Shown: in pieces, positions 26,009 through 36,289 of the stretch
How positions within the stretch are numbered: position 1 is the stretch's first letter
How the letters are laid out: every line of letters starts with the position of its first letter
Translations under genes and position numbers: made by a program
The notes under the pieces: model-generated
What the model saw: the letters and a program-made list of their open reading frames with translations, nothing else
Told to the model about the DNA's origin: nothing
Database searches by the model: none
NCBI RefSeq assembly: GCF_001194135.2
Contig: NC_068982.1
Coordinates: 191,483,101-191,526,683, forward strand
Source: Octopus bimaculoides
Lineage: Eukaryota
Length of the DNA stretch: 43,583 nucleotides
Reading direction: 5' to 3'

Positions 26009-26209
26009 GGTACTACTAAAGCAGCGCGGACCCGAACTCGCAGTCGCGCGTCCGCGCTAGCTAGTCGTGAGTGGTCGATCCTAACTCTAAACACGTATTC
26101 ATTTGCACACGCGGGTTAGGGATAGAGTTAGGGTCAGGATCGACCACTCAAGACTAGCTTGCGCGGACGCGCGACTGCGCGTTCGGGTCCGCGCTGCTTT
26201 AGTAGTACC
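26009..26209. mobile_element. Foldback MITE with 74-bp TIRs and a 9-bp TSD (Merlin- or MULE-like)
   Basis: Arms 26009-26082 and 26136-26209 are reverse complements with 3 mismatches and start GGTAC. CAAAATGTC is duplicated at 26000-26008 and 26210-26218. Confidence 0.85.
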
Positions 26210-26342
26210 CAAAATGTCTAGGTGCGTAATCATAATAGGAGAGGAGAAAAGGTAGGACATGACGTTTAAGCTTCCATCAAAATTACTTAGGAAAAACAAA
26301 AATAACTAACAGGATGGCTGACACCAATTACAAGACACCTAC

Positions 26343-26510
26343 CATTGGGAATACAAATCCATTGTTATAGTCGGTGTGTTCTCCGATCAGGTTAACACGA
26401 CCCGGCGCACAAGCTGCCACGTCGGGATCGCTATGGAATCGATCTCGGAATGCTGTTTTCGCTTCTTTCACTAAATCTTCTACATCCTCGAGGTGTGTAG
26501 CATCAGCCAT
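26343..26510 (-). CDS. GALK1: Galactokinase exon 1 (MADATH...[20 protein letters not shown])
   Basis: Galactose-binding signature; ATG in acaATGG context with an in-frame TAA 21 nt upstream; donor GTAGGT at 26342, phase 0. Confidence 0.97.
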
Positions 26511-26599
26511 TGTGGATCTGGAGGCAGATTATTCCGTCAGAGCGGACTCTCGATTCGGATCCGACGCTAAATTGACAAAATGTCAACAAGGAAAAAAAG

Positions 26600-26668
26600 G
26601 TGAGGCGGTGATAAAGGCGCGTTTAGAGGCAACCAATCAGAGAACACCGCTACATTTGACCAATCGGA
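26600..26668 (-). promoter_or_regulatory. Probable TATA-less GALK1 promoter with two NF-Y CCAAT boxes
   Basis: CCAATCAG at 26633 and CCAATCGG at 26660 (27 bp apart), plus a GC-box-like GAGGCGGT at about 26602, all 90-155 bp upstream of the ATG in CpG-richer DNA. Confidence 0.55.
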
Positions 26669-27624
26669 ATACAGTGTATTTCAACAAATTACGGTGACAA
26701 GGTGTGAATGAAGTCACATCACCACCGCCACCGCCACCGCCGCCACCACCACCTGTTGTTAACACCAATACTACCAATCATCACCGTCAACACCCCCACC
26801 AATATCACCACCATTGCCTAATTAATGACACCGTTGTAAGTGTATATATTACCTAAATAACATTTACTGTGTGGTGGTGGTGGTGGTGGGGGGATGGGGC
26901 ACACGAGCTGTAAAAGTCGAATAAATATATTCTCCATAGAAAAGTATTTGGATTATTCTGTTTAAAGTCAAATTGCTTTTAAAACGACATAAAAACAAAG
27001 ATTAATGAACTTTTCTTCCCCGAAATTGCTGGCCTCGTGCCATAAGTTGAAACCATTGTTGTTGTCGTTGTTGTTGTTACCGTTTTCACTACGCAGTGTT
27101 TTATAATATATTTTAAAGTTAACGGCTACTTTAAAGAATAAAACAAAATAAAATACAAAGAATAATGAGAAAGAAAGAAAGAAAGAAAGAAAGATCGAAG
27201 TTGATTCCTCTGCAATAATTGATACGATTTAAGTGGTGTTTAGTGAGATGAGTGAGATTGTTGAGTAAAACAGCAACAACAACTGCAGCAACAACAGCTG
27301 CAGCAGCAACAGCAGCAAAAAGCAACAATGAACACAATAACAACAACAACAATAATGTCGAAACTGATGGAGGAATTGTCCAGATTTAAAATGTCACCAA
27401 ACGGCGACATTAAACATTTTCGAGTTGATTTTTAAAACGAAGGTCGTCGACGATGCTTATAATTGCAGTGAGAGAGAGGGGGGGATCTGAATGTAAGCAT
27501 GGGGCTTGTTCTAAACAGTCTTGAAATTCTCTGCGAAATGAGAAAACAAGTGGAAACCGTTCACTTGTCTCAGTCGTTATTTCTGCAGACAACAAAGAAA
27601 TAAAATTCCTCAACTTATTAATTT

Positions 27625-27631
27625 ATTGTTG

Positions 27632-27662
<31 letters not shown>

Positions 27663-28207
27663 GTTGTTTTTTTTTCCTTCTTTCTTCAAATTTTCTCCCA
27701 TTTCTCGCCGAGTGTTTTCCATACACTTAGGGCAGAGAAGCTCATTGTATGCATTCCCAGTTTACACACGCAAATTCACAGGTAAAATATGTATTTAAAA
27801 AGAATTAATACATAAATAAATTCATGAATGGATGTTGTTTTCACAGCGGTAATGCTCTTCTCAGTACATGAGTCGTTCCAGTTAACACGATTTTTCGCAC
27901 TTCCTGTAAGGATGGTAGGCCTAATATCATTTTCAAATAGGTTTCAGTACCTTTTTTTATCATTCCTAGAGATCCTACAATCACTGGTATGGTAGTCGCC
28001 TTGAGGTGCCACATTTTTTCAATTTCTATTAGCAAGTCTTTATATTTACTGATCTTGTCAAATTCTTTCGCTGCTATATTATGATCACAGGGAATACTCA
28101 TGTCAATTAATAAACACGTCTTCTTTGTCTGATCTTTTATAATAATATCTGGTTTATTAGCTTTTATAGTCTTGTCGGTATGTACGGGGAAGTCCCAGAG
28201 AATCAGT
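27625..28207 (-). mobile_element. R4/Dong-clade non-LTR retrotransposon, 3' fragment with restriction-like endonuclease
   Basis: LWDFPVHTDKTIKANKPDIIIKD...LIDMSIP...KEFDKISKYKDLLIEIEKMW...IPVIVGSLG...VLTGTTHVLRR (PD..D..K RLE core); 3' UTR ending in (TAA)n; (TAA)n also at the 5' junction. Confidence 0.9.
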
Positions 28208-28608
28208 ACATTATTATTATTATTATTATTATTATCATTCAGTCCTTCAGTATTGGTAGACAACATCATCCCCCCACACAACCCTCCTGCATGACATAGA
28301 TAAAGAGACTTAGGCTGGAAAAGGTGAACGACGTGTCGTCTCCTCACACTGACGCTCTCTGTAGACCAATAATTGAAGCAACGCCTTTTATTACTACAAA
28401 GGCAGCAAGCTAGCACAAACATTAGCACCAGACAAAATGCTTAGCGGCATTTCGTTCATCTTAATGTTCTGAATTGAAATTGCATCAAGGTCAACTTAGT
28501 CTTTCATCCTTTCAGAATCAATAAAATATATACCAGTTGGATATTGGAGTTGAGCTAATCAATTTACCCTTTCCCAAACTTTGAGGCCTTGTGCCTATAG
28601 CAGAAAGA

Positions 28609-29482
28609 ATTATTATTATTATTATTGTTATTTCTCTTTATCTCAGGTTTTGTTGGAACTCCTGGAGTCTTGCATGCATAGCGGGCTTACTACTTCCAGC
28701 CTATGGTACCATGCTATCCATTTTTTTCAGCTATCTAATACTTTCCTGATTATTCTGGCCGTGCCAAGGAGACAAACCTTTTGTAACCATCCCACTGGAC
28801 ACTCTATTCCAGTTTCCTTGATATACCTCTTGACATCTTCTGAATCTGTTCCCAAAGACCCAACAATAATTGACCCTCTCTTCACCTTCTTCATTTTCCA
28901 TAGCTGGGCTATTTCATACTTAAGAGGGTTGTATCTATCTATCTATCCTTTCACCTTCCTTCTTGACTATTCATGGGTCAAAGGGGAATCACTAGCATAG
29001 CTAGTGGGGGTGGTAGGGGTGGTCCGCCCCATGCCAGCATGCTACATTCACTTACTATATGAGTAATGCTTTCCTCTTTTGATTTGCATAATCTCTTTTG
29101 GCTTTTATTCAATAAGTCCTTAATGCTTGATCTTGTGCAGCTACTAACAAATTTTCTGTCTCTCTCTTCAGCTTTCCCTTCTGCAGCCATAACCATGTCT
29201 CACTACAACTATTTGCTGAAACTATCTTTAAGAATCTACCATGCAACGCTTTCTCCTGCCAGTCACATAATTTCTGTTCTGTTTTCTGGTTTTTAAGTTT
29301 GTTGGGTGTTTTGGTTTCTCTATGTCTTGCTGTGACTCTAGCAGCTTTTAATGAACTTTCTTCACTATTACCGACATAGGAGTCTATATCTATTCTAGCT
29401 AACTCCATGCAGTTTTCCACTGATATTAATCCTCCTCCACCTTCCTTTCTAAGTAGGTATAATCTTGTTATCCTTGCCCTAG
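28609..29482 (-). mobile_element. Second R4/Dong-clade fragment (RT end, zinc knuckle, RLE C-terminus) with internal deletion
   Basis: RLYLLRKEGGGGLISVE; WQEKALHGRF; WLQKGKLKRETENLLVAAQDQAL; degenerate RLC...HIVSEC; then DRYNPLKYEIAQLW...IIVGSLG...LQKVCLLGTARIIRKVLDS*; (TAA)n tail. Confidence 0.9.
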
Positions 29483-29495
29483 AAATGAGGGAGTA

Positions 29496-29497
29496 TT

Positions 29498-29528
<31 letters not shown>

Positions 29529-29539
29529 TTATTATTATT

Positions 29540-29595
<56 letters not shown>

Positions 29596-29607
29596 TATTA
29601 TTATTAC

Positions 29608-29685
<78 letters not shown>
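29496..29685. repeat. Compound trinucleotide microsatellite (TTC)n(TAT)n(CAT)n(TAT)n(CAT)n(TAT)n
   Basis: Read directly from the sequence. Confidence 0.98.
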
Positions 29686-29686
<1 letters not shown>

Positions 29687-30623
29687 TGCAGAGTTCTAAA
29701 ATATATTTGAACTTCCAGTGGCAGAAACGCCCCCACCCCTTTTTAAGGCTGATCTCGGTGAGGTTCAATTCACTTTACTTCACATTCTTTCGAGTGGATA
29801 AAATAAATACCAGTGAACTACTGAGACGGGAGTGTTATTCAGTTATATTAATGAATATTATTTCACCTCTGACATTCATTATTGATTAAAGCCAGAATCG
29901 CAGACATCAAGGAATCACATTTCTAGCTGAACCAGCAGACCAGTTTCAATTCCTAGTTCCTAATATTTATGGGAAAGGCATGAATGCCATGTCACCTCAT
30001 CTTATCCCAAACACGTATCAAGCAAAGACAATAGTTTTTAAAACTGATTTCTTACTTTGACTTCAGGGAAAAACTCCAGACAAAATGGCGGATAAAAAGC
30101 CAATAGAATTGATTTCAAGTAAATTATTGTTACTTTGATCCCAGAAGGACAAAAGGTAAAACTGACCTTATCCAGATTTGAACTCATAACTTAAAATGAT
30201 GTAACAGGTTACCACAAGGTATTTGACCAGATCCCTCTCTGGAGCCACCCTGGATAAAGTGGGATGGCATCATGCCAGCAATGGCAGTGAATTGGCAGCT
30301 TGGTTAGAGCAGGAGTTTTCCAGTTCTTTACGTTCTGACTTCAAACTCAACTGAGGTCAATTTTAACCTTAATCCCCTCAGGAGGGGGGGGGAGTGTCAA
30401 TAAAGCCAGGTACCAGACCATGACCGTGAACTGACACAGTTGTAACAACATCAGACAAGATATCTTGTGGTATTTGTTCCACCTCTTTGTGTTCCGAGTC
30501 CTTAGCTGATAGAGTAGACTAAATCCATTCTGGTCCAGTTTAGTGAAATTGTTTCAGTGGAATTTGAAACATGGCTACCAAGAGCTCATCACTGACCTGT
30601 AGGAGTTTGATTTAATATTAGTT

Positions 30624-30835
30624 TCAAATTTGGGCACAAGGCCAGCAATTTTGGGGAGGGGGCAAGTCAGTTACATTGACCCCAGCACTCAACTGGTACT
30701 TATTTTATTGACCTCTAAAGAAGGAAAGCTCAACCTCAGTGGAATTTGAACTCCGAATGAAATGCTGCCAAATATTTTGGCCAACGTGCTAACGATTCTT
30801 CCAGCTCACCATCTTAGTTTGGTTTAATGTCAAGT
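30624..30835 (-). mobile_element. tRNA-derived SINE, family B (representative copy)
   Basis: B-box GAGTTCAAATTCC; core ATAAAATAAGTACCAGTTGAG; tail AATTGCTGGCCTTGTGCC. Related copies at about 365-570(-), 4660-4800(+), 5755-5885, 25490-25570(-), 28404-28610(+), 29715-29815(+), 30280-30420(+), 31550-31650(+) and 38755-38890(+). Confidence 0.85.
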
Positions 30836-32297
30836 CCTAATAAGAAGCACAAGGCTGCCACCTAGTGGCTACTTTATGGACCTAAGAAAATCGAAGTTAT
30901 CCTTGGTGAGATTTGAAACCAGAACAGAAAGAGACATTCATCTTAGAGACAAGGCTAGAAATTATTGTAAAGAGATGTGATTTAATTGATATCAGTTAAT
31001 TACTGGTACCTTGTGATTTGGACTAATGGTGGCTGTGGGATCTTTTATGATGTTGCCAGATTTGCTAGAAATAGCAACCAAATCTCCTTCAAATCACTCC
31101 CTCTGTCATAACAAAGAGAAGAATATATTAAATGATACCGTTCCAGGTACATAATGTCTGAAAATAAGAGGAGCTGGTGATGAGAGAAACTCCTTTTGAT
31201 CACAAGATTTCTTGGTTAAGATTGAATAAAAGACAAATGAGAGATAATTTTATCAATTAAAAAGGTTGTAGAAGTCTGATTGAACACTCAATAAGGAATA
31301 TAACTTGAATACAGTAACATAATAGTTGGGCGCTCCACCGATTCCACCAGTCTGTCACTTAACATTGGCTACTAAACATATTCAGCCATGATCCAGATAT
31401 TTTCAGAGAAAGTCCATTCAATGACAGGACAAGCAACGCACAGTGGGAATTTTAACTCAGAATTTTACTGAATAGCACACGACATTTAGTTGGGTGCTCT
31501 ACCGACTACCTCATTCCTTTACTTCAAATATTAGGGGATGACGGGAATCAATTTAGTCGACATTTTATATTCTGTTCTGAGTTCAAATCCCGCTGAGGTC
31601 GACTTTGTCTTTCATTCTTCCAGGGTCGATAAAATAAAGTACTGAGGTGGGTTTAATATTTATATAATACATCCAACATGAGGATGGAATTGTAACAGAA
31701 GAGTAAGATATTTGCATTCGATCAGTGCTTTATCGATCACATTGATTGAATGTAAATCTCAATGAAATTTAAACAATGAAGGTCTCATTTAACGATCTTC
31801 CTTTAAAAAGAGAACCCTAGTTTTTACTGGAGTGATATCTAATTAAATGGAGTAGACAGGCCTCTATTTCCGTTATTTAACACTGAACTCACCTCTCACC
31901 TTTTTTTCCTTTTATTTTCATAAGTTATGTCTTTTCGCACCAAATCTTTCGGTTCAGCGAGATTGGACAAGGGACATAACTACGACACAGCTTTCTCCTG
32001 ATTTTTGACAGAATCACTGAATGTATAAGTAGTTATCTCCCTTTTTCACTCTCAATTTCTTATTCCCTATCAGATCAATAACAGGGACCACTAAATATAC
32101 TGAATCGATTTGATTGGACTCTGATCAATCTGTTGCACTGATATTTCGAAAGCAATATTAAAAATAACTGCTTTGCTCTAAATCAGCTGTCAATATTAAA
32201 GTACACTGGATTCTGCATCACCTAAATATACATTTGTGTGTAATCAACTGCCTGTCTCTCTGTCTGTCCGTCCGTCCGTCTCTCTTCCTCTGTCTGT

Positions 32298-32841
32298 CAG
32301 TGGTGGCTCATAGATAAAATTAGTGGGGAGGAGGGGTGCTGCTTCAGAAAACTTTTAGCCATTGTTTTAATATTGTGTAAAAGGAAACAAACATATAAAA
32401 GTAATATTTATACATAAACTTGATCGGTTGTGTGTTTTAGCCACTGTCAGGCAGTGTGTTTAATTTGTTCACTGACACTATCGCGAATTCACCCTAGCTT
32501 TTCAAAAATCACCCCAAAATCACAAAATAAAGGGGGAAAATCTGCCCTATTTTTCAAATGCTGGCAGCAACACTGAAGCTGGAAGCAGGATAATAATCCA
32601 ATTCTACACTTTATCACATTCAAGAATATAAACATGTTTTTAAGCACAACACATACGGAGTCAAAAAGAAACACTACCTTTCACCAGCACACCAGGGTCG
32701 GCACTGCGTGAACCACAGTGCTCTCTCTCCCTAGCGTACAGCTTCCTATCTCGGACATGTGAGCATACGCACAACAGGAGAGGAGGCGCTGAGGGTATTA
32801 TGTGACCATGAGGGGGGGCCCAAAAAGTTTGAGAACCTCTG
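32298..32841 (+). mobile_element. hAT-like non-autonomous DNA transposon, copy 1 (possibly composite)
   Basis: Starts CAGTGGTGGCTC; 32298-32777 is homologous in inverse to 37908-38753; ends with a Charlie-like GTTTGAGAACCTCTG. No matching TSD. Confidence 0.7.
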
Positions 32842-34560
32842 ACATAAATAAATCATATTTAACTGTTATTTTTAGCACACCTCACAACCACCTCAAAGCT
32901 CAATGATAAAAAGAAACAAACATTAAATAAACAATTTAAATATGTTTAATTACAAACTAAATATGCTTAAAAAACAAACATTTAACTTACAGTTATCAGT
33001 TTTAAAATATCCTCTTCTGTTTTCAGTGTTTCCATAATAGAAGCGAAGTTACTGGAGCTTGCTGCCATAATCACACAGAACACAGAAGACAGCATCAAAT
33101 TTGTGAAAACGAGCTTCCTCGTAAATAAAAGACTGTTTAGATTCGCTTGTTACAATGGCAACAGGCACGCTGAGTTCTCATGTTCCGCTTCTTACTATCG
33201 GAACAGCCATGAATGTGTCTGTGACTTACGATTGGCTAAAATTACCAAAATTTTCAAACTTTAATTATTAATAACTCTTTATTTATCGATTTATAACGAA
33301 AATTACTAACGATTCTGCCAGCTTTCCGCCTTNNNNNNNNNNACTGAATATTTATTGCTGGACATAAAGATATTTAATGTTGGCTATTTACTATGAACAA
33401 TATAAAAAATTGCCGACTGGGAGAGTCAAACTGACCTGAAATGATCGAAAGCTAATCTGTCTGACATTATGCAGTCGGTCCATAAATATAGGAAAGCAAC
33501 TGCGCAAATTTCCGCGTAGTCGGAGGTCTGCTCTCTAAGCTACGCGTTGTGTTCTAGAATAATCGAGAAAACCATATCACGGCACAGCCTGACGCTGATT
33601 TATAGCGGTTAGGTTTCGAATCACCGCCACAGTGGAAATGCAAAGTGTCGGCTGAAACAATTTTTCAAGGAAATGGTTTAAAGCTTTTGTGCAAGGTGTT
33701 GTTATCGTTAATAGATGTAGGTCATGGTTGGAATAGTTATGTTGTTGCAGTAGGTTGTTGTTTAACCGCAGGTCAGCCATCATCCAGCACACCTATGAAC
33801 AACGACAATCAAACCATGACCACCCTGTCTTTCTTTTTCAGCAATACTCTACTCTGAACTACATTATCGAATGTCCTTTTTAAAGATGACAAGGTGTGGT
33901 TTGAGGGGGATTTGGCTGCTATTTTTACCTAAGCTGGCCGATCACGGAGGCTTTCACGCTGGTTCTCACTCGACCTGCTACAAACAACAACCACATCAAA
34001 TCACAACAGTCTCGGGGAAAAGGTAGAAGTTGTCAGATAATATATTCTTTGAAATGCGTGAAATCACGACTTTCCGACCGTGACTGACCTGAATATTAAA
34101 CAATAACAGTGTAATGCCGGAACACGGAATCACTTTGGCTGAAGTCCAGCGTTTCCAAGTTATACTGCTAGGAATGTTGATGGAAAGGTCGCGGCTGGGA
34201 TGTCATAGACTTGCTCATTTAGCGCTGACCTGGAGATAAACAGCATCAAATAAAGGAGGCGGATGTATTCCATAATGTAATTTATGAAACACACATAGAC
34301 GGGATGGTCATAATTGGATCACCTGTTCTATCAGATCTCAAGAAGTAGCTTTTTCATCGTAGCACCTCCATTGCCACCACCACTACCATTATCACCATCA
34401 CCATCCTAAAGTCACCACCACCACCACTGTTAGCGCCGCTTCTGCCAACACCACCTTCCATCCAGTGGACCGGATAATATTGGCCGATCTGGGAGTTAAA
34501 CAACACTAAAACAAAATCATAAACACCAACAGCAGCAGCAGCAGCAACAACAACAATCTG

Positions 34561-35368
34561 GGTGAATATAAAGATCCTCACCGGTTAACGAAAACAAAAG
34601 AAACCCCAGCCTCGTGGGTGGCGAACGAACCTGGGGTGGGTGGGGAGAGGACTTTCGGAAAATCCCCTAGGCCCCCTCCCCTCCCCTCCCAATTCTACAG
34701 CCTTGGCCTTCAAGCAGGCTATCCACATGCTAGAAATAACAGCCAAATCTCACAAAACTGCGATAAAATAATGAAAGAGGTATGTAATCAATCTACTCAC
34801 CTTTCTGCAAAGATTTCTTTCGGAGAAATTACCCGCAGTAATGACAAAGTGATTCATGTGGAATTAAAGTGTTTATTTATTTATTTATTTTTGTTTGAAT
34901 TTTTGTTTTGAAGGTTACAAAAATTATGAGTGCAGAAATAACAGCAAGCTCTTTTGAAAAAACCAAAGTAAAAATAGCGAAGAAATACTGAGACAAAGTG
35001 AAATGAAAGACACTCATTTGACCAGCGCAAAACATCGTGTGTTTGTAGAACTGAAAATGGTCTTGCCCATTTGAAATTTGGCTGTTATTTCTAGTATGAG
35101 GATAGCCTGCTTTGAAGGCCAAGGCCGTAGAATTGGGAGGAGATGGTGTTGGCTTTTTTGTTTTTTTTTTCAATATATATCGATTTTCCTGAAAGTTATG
35201 AGGGAAAAATCGGATCTTGTGAATATTCCGAAAGTCCTCTCCCCTACCATCCGGTTCGTTTGCATAAATTTATTTTTGTTATTCGTTTTCTACACAGTTA
35301 TTAACACCCAGCTGACTGGGGTTTTTTTTTTCTGTTTTCGTTCACGGGTGAGGATCTTTATATTGACC
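34561..35368. mobile_element. Long-TIR MITE (808 bp) with an 8-bp TSD (Merlin-like)
   Basis: Termini GGTGAATATAAAGATCCTCACC and GGTGAGGATCTTTATATTGACC; inverted homology over about 190 bp of the left arm; ACAATCTG at 34553-34560 and 35369-35376. Confidence 0.88.
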
Positions 35369-36289
35369 ACAATCTGGCCCTAATTTTGCCGCGGAGTCAA
35401 CAACTTACGTCTGCTATTACATAAATGAAAGAAATTTACCAGGCGACATAACATTATTTCAAAGCAACTTACAGACAGACAAAAGAATCAGCTCATAAAC
35501 GATAAAGTCACACACTATTTTGACATTTAATGGAAAAACCCTCTTCAATTTTATTAGCATTTTATCTCATTGATCATCTTCAACTTCAGTAGGTTGATGT
35601 TTGCAGAGAGAATGTGGGAAGTGGTGGTGGTGGTGGTGGTGGCGGGGTTGCTGTAGCCGATTGCAGGTAATGATTTGTTTGAAGTGAAGTGTTTAGTGAA
35701 GGAGTTTGATGTTGAGACACAGCAAGAATGATAAAAGGAGAAGTGTGTTAATTGGCTTGGAATGATATTGATGCCAGGCTAAAGCACTGAAGAAACAAGA
35801 GAATTGAGACAATGTGTGTTGTGTTTGTGGGTGTAACGAAGGATTACCGAGCGAACTGGTCGGGTCGGATTTTTTTCTATATACAAAAACGTCTCTACAA
35901 TATTTACGATGTAGCAACAGGACTCGATCATCGCTGTGGTTTCTGTCTGTGAAGAGGATGTTTAGTATTGGGGACACACTAGTTTCAGTTGTTATGAAAG
36001 GGGTTGCGATCTCTAGTATCTATAAAGTCTATAAACTAAAGAGAGTACAATGTTAATCATGAGTGTTAGGAGGAAAATGATCTGCCTGTGCGCTATCTTG
36101 GACTACGTTCACCATGGCCTAAGTATCACCAATGCTTTATGAAGTAAATTCGGTAGACAGAACACAAGAAGGGCAGGCCGTATCAACTTACCTGTCTCCT
36201 TTTCCCCCGTCTTCCATCGGGGTGGGTCATCACATCATGTGGGTGGACAGGGAATCCTTGGTTTATGTTACTGTTGTTTGAGGGAACTG

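Larger units (their letters stand above)
11031..26510 (-). other. GALK1: Galactokinase gene span (7 coding exons; 1170-nt CDS, 389 aa)
   Basis: Exons were joined by hand with GT-AG junctions and matching phases 0,1,2,1,2,0 (168+178+256+182+151+163+72=1170). Motifs present: [55 protein letters not shown]. Confidence 0.97.

Noticed and set aside
26112-26138. TTAGGG telomere-like repeats
   Set aside because: Only two exact units, and they are part of the MITE loop; this is not an interstitial telomere.
26374-26697. 107-aa + strand ORF antisense to GALK1 exon 1, or a divergent gene from the CCAAT promoter
   Set aside because: It is a shadow ORF of GC-richer coding and promoter DNA; no divergent coding exon was found in 26700-27600.
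29407-29889. 160-aa poly-His/Tyr/Ser ORF, and similar poly-I, poly-M, poly-T and CV-repeat ORFs elsewhere
   Set aside because: These are translations of microsatellites.
33585-33635. tRNA-like GGTTTCGAATCACC T-loop/B-box sequence
   Set aside because: No cloverleaf, acceptor stem or anticodon arm can be built.
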